Shown: piece after piece, positions 26,457-39,646 of the stretch | Numbering within the stretch: the first letter of the stretch is position 1 | How the letters are laid out: every line of letters starts with the position of its first letter | Assembly (NCBI GenBank): GCA_973895155.1 | Contig: OZ316898.1 | Location: 6,125,079-6,189,078 of the forward strand | DNA: 64,000 nucleotides | From: Marsupella aquatica | Lineage: Eukaryota; Plantae; Marchantiophyta | Reading direction: 5' to 3' | Program-made: the position numbers and the translations under genes | Notes under the pieces: generated by a model | What the model saw: only the letters and a program-made list of their open reading frames with translations | Told to the model about the DNA's origin: nothing | Database searches by the model: none

Positions 26457-29064
26457 ATGTCAGTTAACTGTTATTGGGGCGACTTTCACCCAAGTTGGAC
26501 AAGGGCACAAGCCCTCGGTGGGCCCAAGCAGGCATATTTTGAGGAGCGAAGGAATATGGAGAAACCAGATTGTACGCAACAGGTCAAATCCTGCTTGGTG
26601 CTTGGATATCTTCAATTTTGCACGAAGGCGGTGACAGACGAGTGGTGCGACTAAAAGAGACAAGAAGCGTCGATACACCTGCTGGCCAATGAACTTTACT
26701 AGTTGTCACCAATTCGTGACTATCATCCACCTCTTGCAACATTCTACTTCCCTGGAGGAATGCATCAGCTACTCAGGGTTGTAATTGTCTATTTATTGAG
26801 GGAGACGGGAGACGATCTGCTTCTGTACATGACTGCAAGTGGTGATTTTGACATCACCAAAACTTTTCATAAAATGAGTTGAATCTTCCATCATTGCGAT
26901 AGTGGCGTTCAATGCAACTGGTATGATGGGTGACACTGAGCCGGGAGCCTTCACAACGCAATTTTGTCTTCTGATGTTACTGGATAATGTAGCATCTAAT
27001 GTTAAAGTATGATCAAGGACGTTCCAGTGTTTAAGAGCAGTGTGTGCGTTAATTCCTATTAACTTTTGCTTCAAATTAGTCTGGGAAACTTGAGCTAATA
27101 ATAATATTGGAAGCCTTCTTGGTCCGGGGAAAATAGAAAGATTCTTCTGTAGTTTTATTCTACTTCTAGAAGCTTCTCTCTGCCTTTGTCATTCCTCTAT
27201 TGTTACGTCCAACCATCAGACAGGTGATTTCCCCCTGAGAAGCCCGTCTGGCATCTCTGGACCTGCCGGACTTCTGCTGGGCTAGACTTAGCAAAATGGT
27301 TTGGTGGAGCTTCATGTCAGTTTGAGTTTGATGGGGTTGGACGAAGTGGCATTTTCTCGAAAGAGGAGGTGGGTGGATGGAAGTAAGATGTGGTTTCCTA
27401 GGAGCGAGGATCAAAATGGAGTGATCACTCTGGAATTGAAAAGGACTGTATTCATCAAGTACCATTCATAAAACTGGGATTGGACTTCATTGATGGACAT
27501 GTAAATGTGGAAGGCATGTTGGGAGCACTCAAGGTTCTGGGTTTGACAGAGGAGCGCAAACGTATCGATCATACTTGGCTGACTCTCGCGTTTGGATGTG
27601 GAGCTAGTTGATGGAAAAAACTATCCATTCAAGTATGCCGTAGACCTGGTAAACTGTTGGTATTCGCAACCACCAATTGGGCGAGGTAATCGTTGCGGAA
27701 CAGAATACTGGGCAGGCTCATGTACTCACTTCGTCTATCTCGATCAGCTAGCCTGAGCCGATCCCAAACCTTCTTGTATAGCAAACTACTGTTATACTTG
27801 TGAAAATTTAAGAGGTAGTATCCGTATTGTGGGTCTTGTTTTTTTCTCGAATGTACAGAAGTCATGCCTAGGATATAGCATTCAAAGCATGCCAAATGTC
27901 GAGCTTCAACAAGCATTATTGGATCTGTAATGATTCTTGCTTCTCTTGGTCATACTGATGTTTAATGATTCTTGCTTCTCTTGGTCATATTGTGTTTAGG
28001 CCTACATGTTGTAACCATAACATCTGAGGAATGCAGGACTTGCTCATCTAGCAGGACGAGGTGGATCTTGTTTTGGTCACCGAATTTTCGTGCTCGAGAA
28101 CATCCACCAAGTGCAAATCCACAAGCAAGAAACCCACGCTTGCAGGAAGACAGAACTGTTTGCCACGGAAATTTGTAGTCTTCTTTCACACGCAGTTTGT
28201 TGAAGATAGCCTACTTGCATTGGTTCTATTGTGATGTGGAACAAACCCTGACATTTCCGCTACCTCAGACTGCCGGCCATACAAAATCCAGAAATGCCGA
28301 ACCCTGACAATTCTCTTGCTACTTTAAGTCAGCTGGGCAAAGGAAATGTGTCGGCCCACTGTCTGGACGTGAGCCACGTGAATTTCCGTTGTTTGGAAAG
28401 ACGAAAGGACGTATGTTTAGTACGCAGGTAACAAGCTGTGGGACAGAATGCACACCTAAAATGATAAGATGGCCGAGTTGGAGATCTTCCAATGTAAAGA
28501 GAAATATCCTTGAAGCGAATACATTGTAGAACTATTCATTTAAAATGATCAGGTGGCCGAGCGGAGACCCTCCAATCTTCAGTGAAATATCCTTTAAACG
28601 ATTATAGTGCATGATGCTGTAGTGATCAATAGTGTACAAAGTCTTGAGAAAGAAAGTAGACTTCTTCAAAACATTTGTATTGATTTCTTACAAGCACAAT
28701 GGCTTCGTGCAGCTAGTGTTTTTTTGCCTAGGCTTTTTGGCTGAACATATGTACTTTTGGCATATCTTCCAGGGACCAGACTCCCACCTATGCTTCCAAG
28801 AAAAATAACGCATTGTCAACGTAATCAGATCATTGTGAGCATTTGATCAATAAGAGGAACTAAGGCTTCATTCAATAATACGTGATCCATAAGCATTGGA
28901 TCAGTAAAACCAACAAAGGGTTTATTAAAAAAAAATCATGATCCAGTGCATGTTTCCAATGGCAATGGCAAACTTGTGAAACGAAAATAGTCAGTACAGA
29001 ACCTTTTTGAAGTTATCTATCCTCTCACACCCTTAATCACGATGTGCATGGCATCAACAGTGAC

Positions 29065-29160
29065 TGCCTGCAGTTGATCTACCCTGGAACATCATGTGCC
29101 TGCAGCTGATCTACCCTGGAACATCATGTGCCTGCAGCTGATCTACCCTGGAATATCATG
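29065..29160. repeat. 32-bp tandem repeat x3
   Basis: tgcctgcag(t/c)tgatctaccctggaa(c/t)atcatg three times, directly abutting the pogo TA site. Confidence 0.9.
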
Positions 29161-29162
29161 TA

Positions 29163-32100
29163 CACTGCTCACTATCATTAGTCTTATGTCACAAATAATG
29201 TTATACTCAATTAATGTTAGTAAGTCTAAATCAAGTGAAGGGGGTATTTTGACAAAAAAATAAGAGTAATTGTGGATCTTTTGTAATTGTAAATAGTATT
29301 TGTGATTTACACTAGGTTATGGTAAAAGTGGACAGGTGCAATTGACATGTCAGTCTGAAAGCTTGCTGACAATAACGTGGACCAATAAAGCCACATGCAT
29401 TGGACAGCTAGTGTGATGGCTGCATGCATCACTAGCTCTCTACGTAATATTTTCTTGGATTTTCCTCACTATAGTAAGATTCTACTCAGAACATAAAATC
29501 TCATTGACTTTTGTTTGAGGCCATGCAAAAACGGGGGCAAAGTTTTGAGTCGCTCCAGATTGTACAGTAGCTCTCTATCCTGACAATGAATTTTCTGTTG
29601 TAAAGCTTTGTCGTGACAAGTCCACATAGGCAACATTTGATTGCAATCCCCTTTGAGAACGCCTGAATTTTCTCAAAATTACAAATCTTGTTGACTTTAT
29701 TTGCCACCATGCAAAAACAGGGCAAAGCTACGGGGGGAATTTGAGCTCACAATGCTCCGATCATTGATGTGATTCAAACATTGACAGATTGGAATGAATT
29801 GTGTGTCAATATAAGGGACTGAAAGATTTGTAACTTGCACATTTCAAATCTGGGAGGTTCCCGTACGTCTTGCTTGCTGATGAAATTATTGATTATTGCA
29901 TGCCCCTTTGAGACTTGTACGTAGCTGAGAATCGAGTTGATCTTTTGATTGATCTGCAAAGGCAATAGATAGAGAGTGTGCTTGTGTATTTTCAATGATT
30001 CACAGTTGGCTTCCTATCATTGAATTAGACCATTTCGAACAGCTGAGGTTGTTGTCAAGCTTTCTTGAGTATTTTTTGCATTTGCAAGAAAGAACGGTCT
30101 GCAACTAAGCTGATCCACGAGGTGAGGTGAGTAGCTTTGGTTTGATTAAAGCTGAATCTTTAGTTTGCTTTCAACTTATTTTCAATCCATTCGATCAATC
30201 AAACATTGAGTTGAAGTGGAACTTGTGTCTGAGTGGCAATTTCTCAATCTTGTGAGCTTGCAGGTCCAGGTGCAGGTCAGGGTACGTGTTCAAGTTAGTT
30301 CAAGCTATTGATCACAGATGGGCTCATATGGCTCTCCCCTTTTAAGTGCATGGAGACATGCAAGGCAGCCCTTGCCTCCAGTTCTGTCCACTGAAGAGGC
30401 TGAACATGGAACCTAAGAGTAGCAAGAGCAAGTCAACCAGCAACCACTATCGATTCAGGCTGAAAGATCTCGTACATTACAACATGTCTGCACTAAGGCC
30501 CAACGAGTGAAGGTCATTAAGTGGATGCAGGCTACAGTTCAATTTAGAGGAGGAGAGGAACGATTGATTGCCACCGATGCAATTAAACAATTTCCAAAGT
30601 GTTTTTGTTCTGCTAGTGCAACTGCAAACATTGTGAAGGCATCACGATGGTGGAAGGAACGGGAAAGTATTCTGGAATCTTTCAAGGTAGACAAGATGTG
30701 TGTGAGCCGATCATTTCGTGATGGGAGGAAACAGACAGAGTTGAAGGCGGGTCCAGGCAGGGGGAGGAAAGCAGCCGCTTGGACTACTTGGTTGTACCCT
30801 ATCGTGAGAGATGAGTTTGAAAGATTAAGGTCTGCAGGCCTGAAATTCTCACCCAAGGTACTCCTTCTAGTTGCTAAAAATGCATTAGTGACAAACAATC
30901 ATCCCACTTTCTTTCCGCAAGCTATCTTGGATGATGATCCAAGATCTCTGACAGATAGAATAACCCCTAGGTGGGTCCAACAGTTCCAAGAGCAAAATAA
31001 CATTGTCCATCGTTCTCAGACCGGTAAACTTATGGTTTCCCCTGCCAAGCAAGAGTTCATAGAGAGAAGAGTAGCTTTCCACATGGGATTTCTTGCACGT
31101 GGTTTTAGATCTGGAATCTTGGATGAGAATGACCAGGAGAATATGGATGAGACTCACTTTTGTGTCAATATGGACAACGGGAAGACATTAGGTTTCAGAG
31201 GAGACAAAAATGTGAAATATGCAGATATTGTTAGTGGAGGAGTTGGAATTACCATGGTAGTAAAAGTCACAGGAGGGGTTCGAGGGAAAATTGGGACCCC
31301 TTTCATGATTTTTCAGAATGATCATTGTTCTTATCCGATTAGGGGAGTTCCTGATAATGTGCCAGGTGTATGCTATCGCTCCACAACATCCTCGTTTATG
31401 ACTTCAAAATGTCTGACAGAATATTACAAGGATGGGAGGGTCAATTGGGCAGATCCTAGTGGACATAGGAAAGTCCAATGGATGGATAACTACCCATGGC
31501 ACAAAATTCTTCCGGATACCAAGACAGCCTTGGAGCACATTAACATGGAGGTGAGAAGATTCCCTGATAATGCTACTCACTTGGTACAACCCTGCGATAG
31601 CTTTGTAATTTCAAAAATCAAAGATTCCTGGACACGAAGGTGGGAGGTGAAGAAAATGGAGCTGATCAGGGATAGTCAATTGCAGGGTGATGGAAGGCAT
31701 GGTACAAGTGGTATGCTCATTAATCCAGGGAAATCTTTTTTCTTGCAATTGGAAGCTGACTCTGTACGTGATGTCAACAGGCAGGTTGACAAACATTACG
31801 GAATAAGTTATGCCAGAAAATCTATGATTAGAACTGGTCTCTCCTTAAATCTCAATGGGCTGTGGGAAGAGGAGCAACTTTCACCAGAATTACAGCAAGT
31901 CATTGAGAAATATCGGTGGAATTTTAACAGAGGGTTGCAAGGTCTGTTAGATATTGATCCACGATTGCCCCTAACATAAATTCCTTTGAATGTTGGAGAA
32001 CCCTCAGCTCAAGAAGACCTTGACAGTGATGAAGTTGATGAGCTTGACAGTGACGAAAATGAGGACTCCCTGCTATTGTCTCACGAACCTGAACCACTTG

Positions 32101-32790
32101 AGGCGCTTGAGAATGGAGAGCCAGTAGAGATTGAACCAATAGCACCGGTAGAGAACTCTGCAGATGCTGAGTTTTGGGAATACCTTTCCTCCCAGTATGG
32201 TTTAGACTAAAATGCTTCAAATTGACATGTTCAGTTTTGAATATTTTGTATTTGCAGTTTACCTGGGCCTTGACCAATTTTGTAATTGATAGTTATTCAA
32301 AGGAAAATATTATTTGTTAATTGCAGTTTGAAAGATTCTGCACACATCGCTCACAGCGCTTTTGCAATTGATTCTTAAATTGATTCACATAATATTTACT
32401 TTGATAGTTAGTGACATCATCGCTGGTGAGATCAACATATTCCACTACTTTTTGAGCATTTTGGGGAAGAAAACAAATATGCTTTTGGCAGATCTATGAG
32501 GACAGGTGTCTGTTTTGAGTGCATAAGTTTTCAGTGCAATGGGGATTCACAAATACAATACAGTAGTGTTTTTTCATACCCCTAAATTTTAATTTCATAT
32601 CATAATGATGTTTTGCGAACATTGTGAATTAATCTTACCAAAACCTGAATTAGCATTAGCCACATTCTATTTAATGCGCATGTAAATAGTGTCACTCCAA
32701 AATTAACATTGGTAAGGTTAAATCTCGATAGGTCCAAATCTTGAGCACTCACCCAAATAGAATTAGTAAGACTAATCACGGTGAAAAGTG
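29163..32790 (+). mobile_element. pogo/Tc1-mariner superfamily DNA transposon
   Basis: TA|CACTGCTCACTATCATTAGTCTTA at left; TAAGACTAATCACGGTGAAAAGTG|TA at right (19/24 TIR match); TA TSD; encloses a DDE transposase. Confidence 0.8.
30507..32210 (+). pseudogene. pogo-like DDE/DDD transposase (DDE_1 type), probably disrupted
   Basis: Motifs NMDETHF, WMDN, PDNATHLVQPCD; the frame continues past TAA (31977-31979) into an acidic tail ending at 32210; upstream in-frame TAA/TAG and no clear ATG start. Confidence 0.82.
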
Positions 32791-33853
32791 TAGGTGTTTT
32801 GTCACTAATACCCAGGAATTACGTTGAGAGTGCTATAATCTACATAAACCTTGCATCATATGTTGTTGCTCAGTGAACATGTTGGACGAGGTATTTTCAC
32901 ATGAGGACGTGATCATACTAGCTAGTGTTAGGCAGGTTTACTATTATGGCAAGGTATTGCCTCCAGGTAAAGGTAAGGTATTGTAATGGCTGCCTGATCT
33001 GACATGTATCAAATTTGGCTATACCTTGTATAATAGCTTACCCGGCAGGTCTAGATTTTGCTATACCTGTATTAATACCAATATCTCCCATGTATAGAGG
33101 GAGGTATAGGCCAAGTAATGATTTCTCAAGGGTTTTGGGAGGGAATAGGGGAGCCCTCTCTCTCTCTCTCTTACAGAAAGACAAAAACCAATATAAGTGT
33201 AAGGGTTTGAAGAGGTGTATGGGAGGCGCATCTGTGCCTTGGCTGGCTTGAAATGTGTACAAAAGTAAAGACTTTTTTAGTTCGCATTGTTCATAGCAGT
33301 TTAACTTTGTTGGACTGGCCCTGGGACTGGCAACTTTATCAGGTGCTACAGCCAATTTTTGGTGACAACTCTATTATAGCTTTGGTTAAAATTGCTTGAA
33401 TTGGGATGTGAGAGAGAAGCAGATTTTATGACATGGTAGAGTTTTGAGACCAGAGCATGACACTGTTTCAGATCCTACTCCTGGGGGACCTTTGCATGCA
33501 TCTTTATTTCGGGACTGTACGTTTTCACAAGATGCACTGCAACATGTATGTAAGGCCGAGTTAGATATTTTTTGGCGAATCCCCTTGCTTGGTGTAAGTA
33601 GATTGAGAGGACTTACACCATAGGTCAATTTTTGGCTTGGCGATTCCTTGACATCCCGCTTGACATTCCTGGCTCCCAAATTGAATGGAAGCGCATATTT
33701 CTTGATTTTCTTTGGATTTTTTTTTGAGATATAGTGACAATCTCCAAGAAATTGGCCCGATGATTGGGTGGACACGGTTATGGAGACTACTAACATTGGT
33801 GACTTCTTGGATGCATGAGGTGATATGGATATGGATATCTATGGGTATATCTC

Positions 33854-34137
33854 GGGGGTTTCACTTCCACAAAAATGGCACGTCACGTGCAACGAAGGAT
33901 AGGTAAGGGTCGTTTTATTGGTTCAAAGGGAAGACTTAAGAATTTTTGCAAAAAAACAATAGGGTCTTTTAAATCCAATTTTGAGACTTATAAGAATAAT
34001 AGAGTTATTGTAATCAAAATTTTGGAATATATTCCAACTTTATAGGAGTTAAAAATAAATAAATTTCCTTACATTTTAGGGGGTCCGAGCCTAAAAACGT
34101 CGCAGGTGATGGGGAGGCCTCCATATAGTGAGACCCC
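33854..34137 (-). mobile_element. MITE family A, copy 1
   Basis: TIRs gggggtttcact...agtgagacccc; body is the reverse complement of 35371-35625. Confidence 0.7.
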
Positions 34138-35370
34138 TGAGGGGTATATTAGATGTTGAGTAGCATGGTAACCATCAGACCTGATATATTGGAGTGTAAT
34201 GATTGTATGTGTTGAATGCATATTCTGATCTCTCTTTGTTCCCGCATTTGTCCCTGGGGAATCACTTTGTTGGATTATTAGAATGGGGTGCGAACAAATG
34301 AAGGCTATTTTTAATCTTGTTGGGGTAATCATTATAAGCAAAAATTTATACTAAAGGCATTTAAAAATCCAATTTGGTAAAAATATATATTTTATATTCA
34401 GCAAGGTATTTAAGAATTTGTCAAAGCTGTATAATAAAGGGTACAAGGGGATTTTAATTGAATTATTTTTTCAAATTTCATTGGTTTGTTCTCAGGTGTT
34501 TTAGTGGTTTTACTCTACTTAAATGATTCCCCAGGGGCATTCGTTCCTCATGTTCGTTCAAAGATTGATACCTCAAAGATACAAGTTTTGTATTTACAAA
34601 CTGACAACTAGTACATCTTCATTTCTTTGCTCTTTCTCAGGCCTCTTTCCAGGTGGAGGCAAATGGCCATCAATGACCCAAGTCATTTTCATTCAAAGAC
34701 CAAATTGAGGATGGTTCAGCTTGGAATAAATTTATGGCGTGAGTAAAGAGATTTGTAGTGGAGCTGAAGGAGGCTGAGATGAGTGGAGTGTCTGGTGGTC
34801 TTCTATGTGGGCATTCTAATTAGATCATGGACACCTCTTTCAACTTTGAGGAGCTTACTTAGGGTCATCTACTTTATACCAATGGCAACTGATCCATTTT
34901 ATCTAAAACCCCTCTTGATGCTCAGTCTGTGTTATTTTTCTCTAGGCTGTAAATTGGCTACTGTCCTTGGCTGTCTTACTCAATGTACCTGCTGGCCAAG
35001 TCATGCTTCTATGGATTTGTCCTAGCTAGCTTGATTCAGGATTCTTTGCCAATCTCTACTCTCTTTTTTTCTTTTTAAAAGGGGAAATCCGTGAAACTCT
35101 AAGGATAGGGAGGCAACAGAAGCCAATTACAAAATATGAAGTGGGCTACCACTCAGCCATGCATGCTTGCTTTGGCATCTGCTGCAATCTTTCTTAATTG
35201 CAACTCCAACTTTCTCTCTCTAGAATTGCCCTTGTGCTATGCTATACCTCATCAACATTGCTTCCCAAGTATTATGTGTAGGTTTCTTCCTCCCCTTGCA
35301 TTTTTGTTTTTCCATTCAGCTACTGAAATTTAGTCTTTCAATTTTCCGTCAAAGACTTGGGGGCGGGCTT

Positions 35371-35625
35371 GGGGGTCTCACTATATGGAAGTCTCCCCAT
35401 CACCTGCGATGTTTTTTAGGTCTCAAACCCCCTAAAATGTAAGAAAAAATTATTTTGTAACCCCTAAAAAAATTTGATTGAAAGACCCTAATGTTATAAG
35501 TCTCAAAATTGGATTTAAAGATTATTGTTCTTCGAAGAAGGTTCTGAAGTTTTTCTTTAGAACCAATAAAATGACCTTATTCTTAGTTACAACTGATGTG
35601 ACATTTATGTATAAGTGAAAACCCC
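35371..35625 (+). mobile_element. MITE family A, copy 2
   Basis: TIRs gggggtctcact...agtgaaaacccc; shares ccccatcacctgcga, taagtctcaaaattggatttaaa and accaataaaatgacc with copies 1 and 3. Confidence 0.7.
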
Positions 35626-35980
35626 TCAGATCAATTAAAGACCTCAATTGAATTCTGCAAAGTTTTCTCTTGAGCTAGCTTGCGTGTCATTGAAGTACAT
35701 TACTTCATCTAGACACTGTCTTTCTCTTCCCACACACATACCAATTTGGCTTTTTCCATTATTTTACCTACTGAGAATTTCTATTGGCAGGATTGCATAT
35801 TATAATAGCTAGGGTTGGATGGGGTTGTGAGGTAATGGAAGATGCAAGCGCCCCATAATTAGATGCTATTACACTTTATTAGCTGTGTAGAACTCAGTGT
35901 AGAAGCAACATATTGGTGCTGCTTGGCATGGTTAGGGTGGAGGTGTCATGGAAGAAAGAATTCAATCAATATAGCATATC

Positions 35981-36174
35981 TGCATCTTGGAACTGCCTCA
36001 GTATTTTGTTCTGTAGCAAATTTAGACCTTGCTACACAGTAAATAATAATTACAGAACCCCTTGCGGGGTCACTTGCAAATTTGCATCTTGGAACTTGCC
36101 TCGGTATTTTGTTGTGTAGCAAATTTAGACCTTGCTACACAATAAATAATAATTACAGAACCCCTTGCAAATTT
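35981..36174. repeat. ~103-bp tandem duplication
   Basis: tgcatcttggaact...gtagcaaatttagaccttgctacaca...ttacagaacccc occurs twice. Confidence 0.8.
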
Positions 36175-37164
36175 ACTGGCGCGCGCCAGAGCACTGGCAC
36201 CAGAGCACGCTACATCAGGAACACGCATGACGAACATAATCGAATTAAGATTGCTACTGAAGAAGTGAAGAACCTGCGGGAGACCCCAATTTTTCTGGGT
36301 GTGTTCTCATGACAGTCAGAGCAAGAACTTAGACTGGAAGTTCTCACTAGCATGCGCAATTCTAAACAAATGGATGCAGGGACAGTACGCAAAGCTGTTC
36401 AGAGATGTCGACCTGTGTCCATACACCATTATATTCACGTGGACCAACGTCCATACAACCGCCATGGAGATATTCCCTCACTGTCTCGTCCTCGCTGACA
36501 TGCCTCCCAAGAGTATGGCTCTGATTGAACCCCGCAATTGAACCTCCGCAAATGTCTTCTGATCTTGTACTCATACCTCGGTGTACGTGTTCGATCAACT
36601 GGATGAGGATTTGGAGGCACGGCGGGACGGAGAAATTACTAGCGCGGCGCAAGAGTGGATCCTAAATGTGGGCCATTGTTCCATCCCCGGTTCCATCAGT
36701 TTTTCTTCTGGTTCGTTAGTTCGTTGTCACTGGTTAGTATTCCACAGGGGCTTCGAGGAGGCTATTCGAAAGGAATTCGTTCCTTCGGAAGGAATTACAC
36801 AACTGGATTTCATACATACGATCTTGACATTTTATCACTTGGAAGAAGCATAAATTTATATGGTTGCTGTCGCTTGCACAGAAGTAAGTTACAGGGAGAA
36901 CAAGACTGTTGAATTCAGCCGTCCATGCAAAACGTGGTCTTTTAATTACTGCAACCCACGTGTTTGACTTAGAAGCTTGCATAATACTATATAGAATTAC
37001 TTGAGGATACAAAAATTCCCATCCTCGAAGACTTCTCTTTTTGTTACACCAAGCGACAGATGCTAAACGGAACTAGAAAGCTCTCTTTCTCTCATTGTTC
37101 CACGACAAATGTTGAATGGGTTGTAATGAGGTAGCACTGCGCCAGCTGATCTAAATTAAGTGAT

Positions 37165-37442
37165 CGACCAAACTGTTATGACTACGTAAGATCCATGGTG
37201 TAAAAATACAGCAAACATGAGACATTCAGTACTGGCTAGTCAGTCGCAGACCACAACACAGAACAACACTAAAGGAAAGTGAATCGACACATATCACGGT
37301 GAAGAAATCTGGACACTAAGCAAACTGATTTGTCCGGAGACGAAATTACAACAGTTACCTTTCTTGGGAAACCACGCCTGAAAACCAGACCTGCGTAAGT
37401 ATCTGGCTCTGAGTTTCAAGTATGAAAAACCCTTCAAATATT
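37165..37442. repeat. Left arm of an old long inverted repeat (right arm = ~39192-39314 + ~45049-45220, split by the copia)
   Basis: Reverse complement aligns by eye: tttgaagggtttt..cttgaaactcagagccaga..tttcagg..tggtttcccaa..cagtttg|ctta.tgtccagatt..tcgattcactttccttt. Confidence 0.75.
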
Positions 37443-37535
37443 AATAGTATGAAACCGCGCCTGAAAAGCAGACCTGCGTAAGTATCTAGCTCTGAGTTTC
37501 AAGTATGAAAAACCCTTCAAATATTAATAGTATGA
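37368..37535. repeat. 83-bp tandem duplication
   Basis: gaaacc(a/g)cgcctgaaaa..agacctgcgtaagtatct..aacccttcaaatattaatagtat occurs twice. Confidence 0.88.
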
Positions 37536-39314
37536 GTATAATACATGAGTTAGAACGGTTTCTCCATCGTTCGACGGGAGCTACAACGAATGAAATCGTT
37601 GCTTTACAGTACATTCTATAGATTACTATTGGAGCAAACCTCCTCCGTTTCGCCAAAGACGCTAACTTCGGGGCTAACTTCCGTTTCTCTGCAGCCTCTC
37701 GTTATGATGTCGTTATGATCTCCCTCTCCTTCTTCCCCCCACTCCGAACGTTCTGGAATTTTCACTCTTTTTGCTTCTGTTTTTGCGAAGCCAAGAGATA
37801 TACAGGGATAGTATCGCTTCTTTTCTACTTCACGATAGTGTGATTGGATTGTGATTGAGCTCCCCCCAGCTGGAAAGAGGTTAATTTGGGCAGGGGCACG
37901 CGAGAATTCATGGTCCTGATTGGCTATTTATCTTCCGTTCATGATTGGACCGGGGATTGGACCAGTTGAAACTGGAATGGAGCTGGTGGTACAGACCGGT
38001 CTATAGTGCATCGACTCGATCGAAATGAAATTCTCCACCTGTAGAGTAAAACACACGCCATCACAAATCATCAAGTTGAAGCTGTTCACCAATTGATTGC
38101 ATTGTTCCTCTTGCAGTTCCATCTAGCCGGGCTGGTATGTATGGTTCTCCTGCAAAGAGATGGTCCAAGGATGGTGACAGGCAAGTCTGCAATGCTTCAT
38201 TTCCATATTCAGGGACTTTCCTTTGCTGTTTCGCACCATCCCGAACTCTATCCGCCAATTGAAATGAAGACCCAGGATACGCGGAGTGTGCTTCTATTTC
38301 GCCAAAAGGAAAATCCGATCTACGTGGAGTGTGTTCGCTTTTTGCTGAAGGAAGATCCTGACTGCAAGGACAGCGTGTCTCTTTTCTACTTGAGGATACT
38401 GTGTTTCTTTTGAAGTTTCAGTTTCACAGGAGGCAGCCAGGTGCGTCCTCAAGTGATGGACGGCGGCTTCTTTCAAATATAGTGCAGTTCTGACTCAGAA
38501 CTTCAAGAGATCGAACCCATACGTTCCCGAGGAGGCTTGAGTGTCTGATCACACGTCGAGTTGCTGTGATCAAATTGAGAGTCCAGAAGTGATTCAGAAA
38601 CTCGAGGGAAAGTGAGCTCGACTGTTCGTGAGGAGGCCTGCATATTACACCTCAAGAAGTGATCACAAATTGTGAAGTCCACAACAATGCCGACGTTAAG
38701 GGAACTGTGTGCACTGCGTGAGCTCGAACGTACACTTACAATGATGCAGGTAGTGCCTATTCTCGAGAGGGACAAGCCTCCGAGACCTGAAAAGAGGGCG
38801 CGTAGAGTGCCTCAGGGAAGTATTGATGGCCCAATACCGACCGGGAGACCGACTCCACTCCAAGACGTGGCACAGGGTTTAGGGGGCATGACATCTCTAC
38901 ATCTTCGAGACACAACCATACAACTGTCGGGAGCTGAAGAAAAAGTGGAAGCGAAGAGCAACCCTTTGTACTGTGGGTCGCTCGGCATTGTGGTGGAAAA
39001 ACATGGTCCAAACGACATCAAAATTTGAGAGCGGTCGATGCCGTGAATTGGATCGATCTGCTATTGATGTCTGTAGTCTGTAGTCGGGTCAAATGCCCTT
39101 GTAGTGTAAAGCAACTATTTCATCCAATGTTGCTCCTGTCGAAAGGCTGAGAAACTGTTGTAACACATGTACTTTTCTCATCATTCTTTATAAAATTTGA
39201 AGGGTTTTCCCATTCTTGAAACTCAGAGCCAGAAAGTTGAGTGGCTCTGTTTTTCAGGGATGGTTTCCCAAAAAGGATAAATCTTGTAATTTTGTCTCGG
39301 GAGAAAGCAGTTTG

Positions 39315-39602
39315 TGTTGGAGTTCTATTGTCGTTAGGACATTACGCCCACCTTCTCTTGCTCTGATTAGTGCATAAATATAGGAGTAATTACTAGCCGT
39401 ATATGACACTGCCGTCATTGCTTTAGTAGTATGGGACAAGGTCTGAGTTGGCCCTTGTCACGTTGCATTGACCTTGTGTGTGATAGACCTTATTTTCAGG
39501 AGCTTATCTCCGCTTGGACCCATGCGGGCTGTGTGCCCGTCTCTCTCATGTATTTATCTCCCTCTCCTCTGTGAGATTATCAAGTTGTTTAAAACTTCAA
39601 CA
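39315..39602 (+). repeat. 5' LTR
   Basis: TG...CA; about 99% identical to 44756-45043. Confidence 0.96.
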
Positions 39603-39614
39603 TGGTATCAGAGC
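39603..39614 (+). promoter_or_regulatory. Primer-binding site (initiator tRNA-Met)
   Basis: TGGTATCAGAGC immediately after the 5' LTR. Confidence 0.93.
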
Positions 39615-39646
39615 CATAATCTAATACCTAGTAGAAGCCAGTCACC

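Noticed and set aside
29065-29160. CRISPR-like 32-bp repeats
   Set aside because: No spacers, eukaryotic context and no cas genes; simple tandem duplication
32920-33830. Possible decayed LTR/gag fragment
   Set aside because: No termini, TSD or convincing protein motif could be fixed by eye
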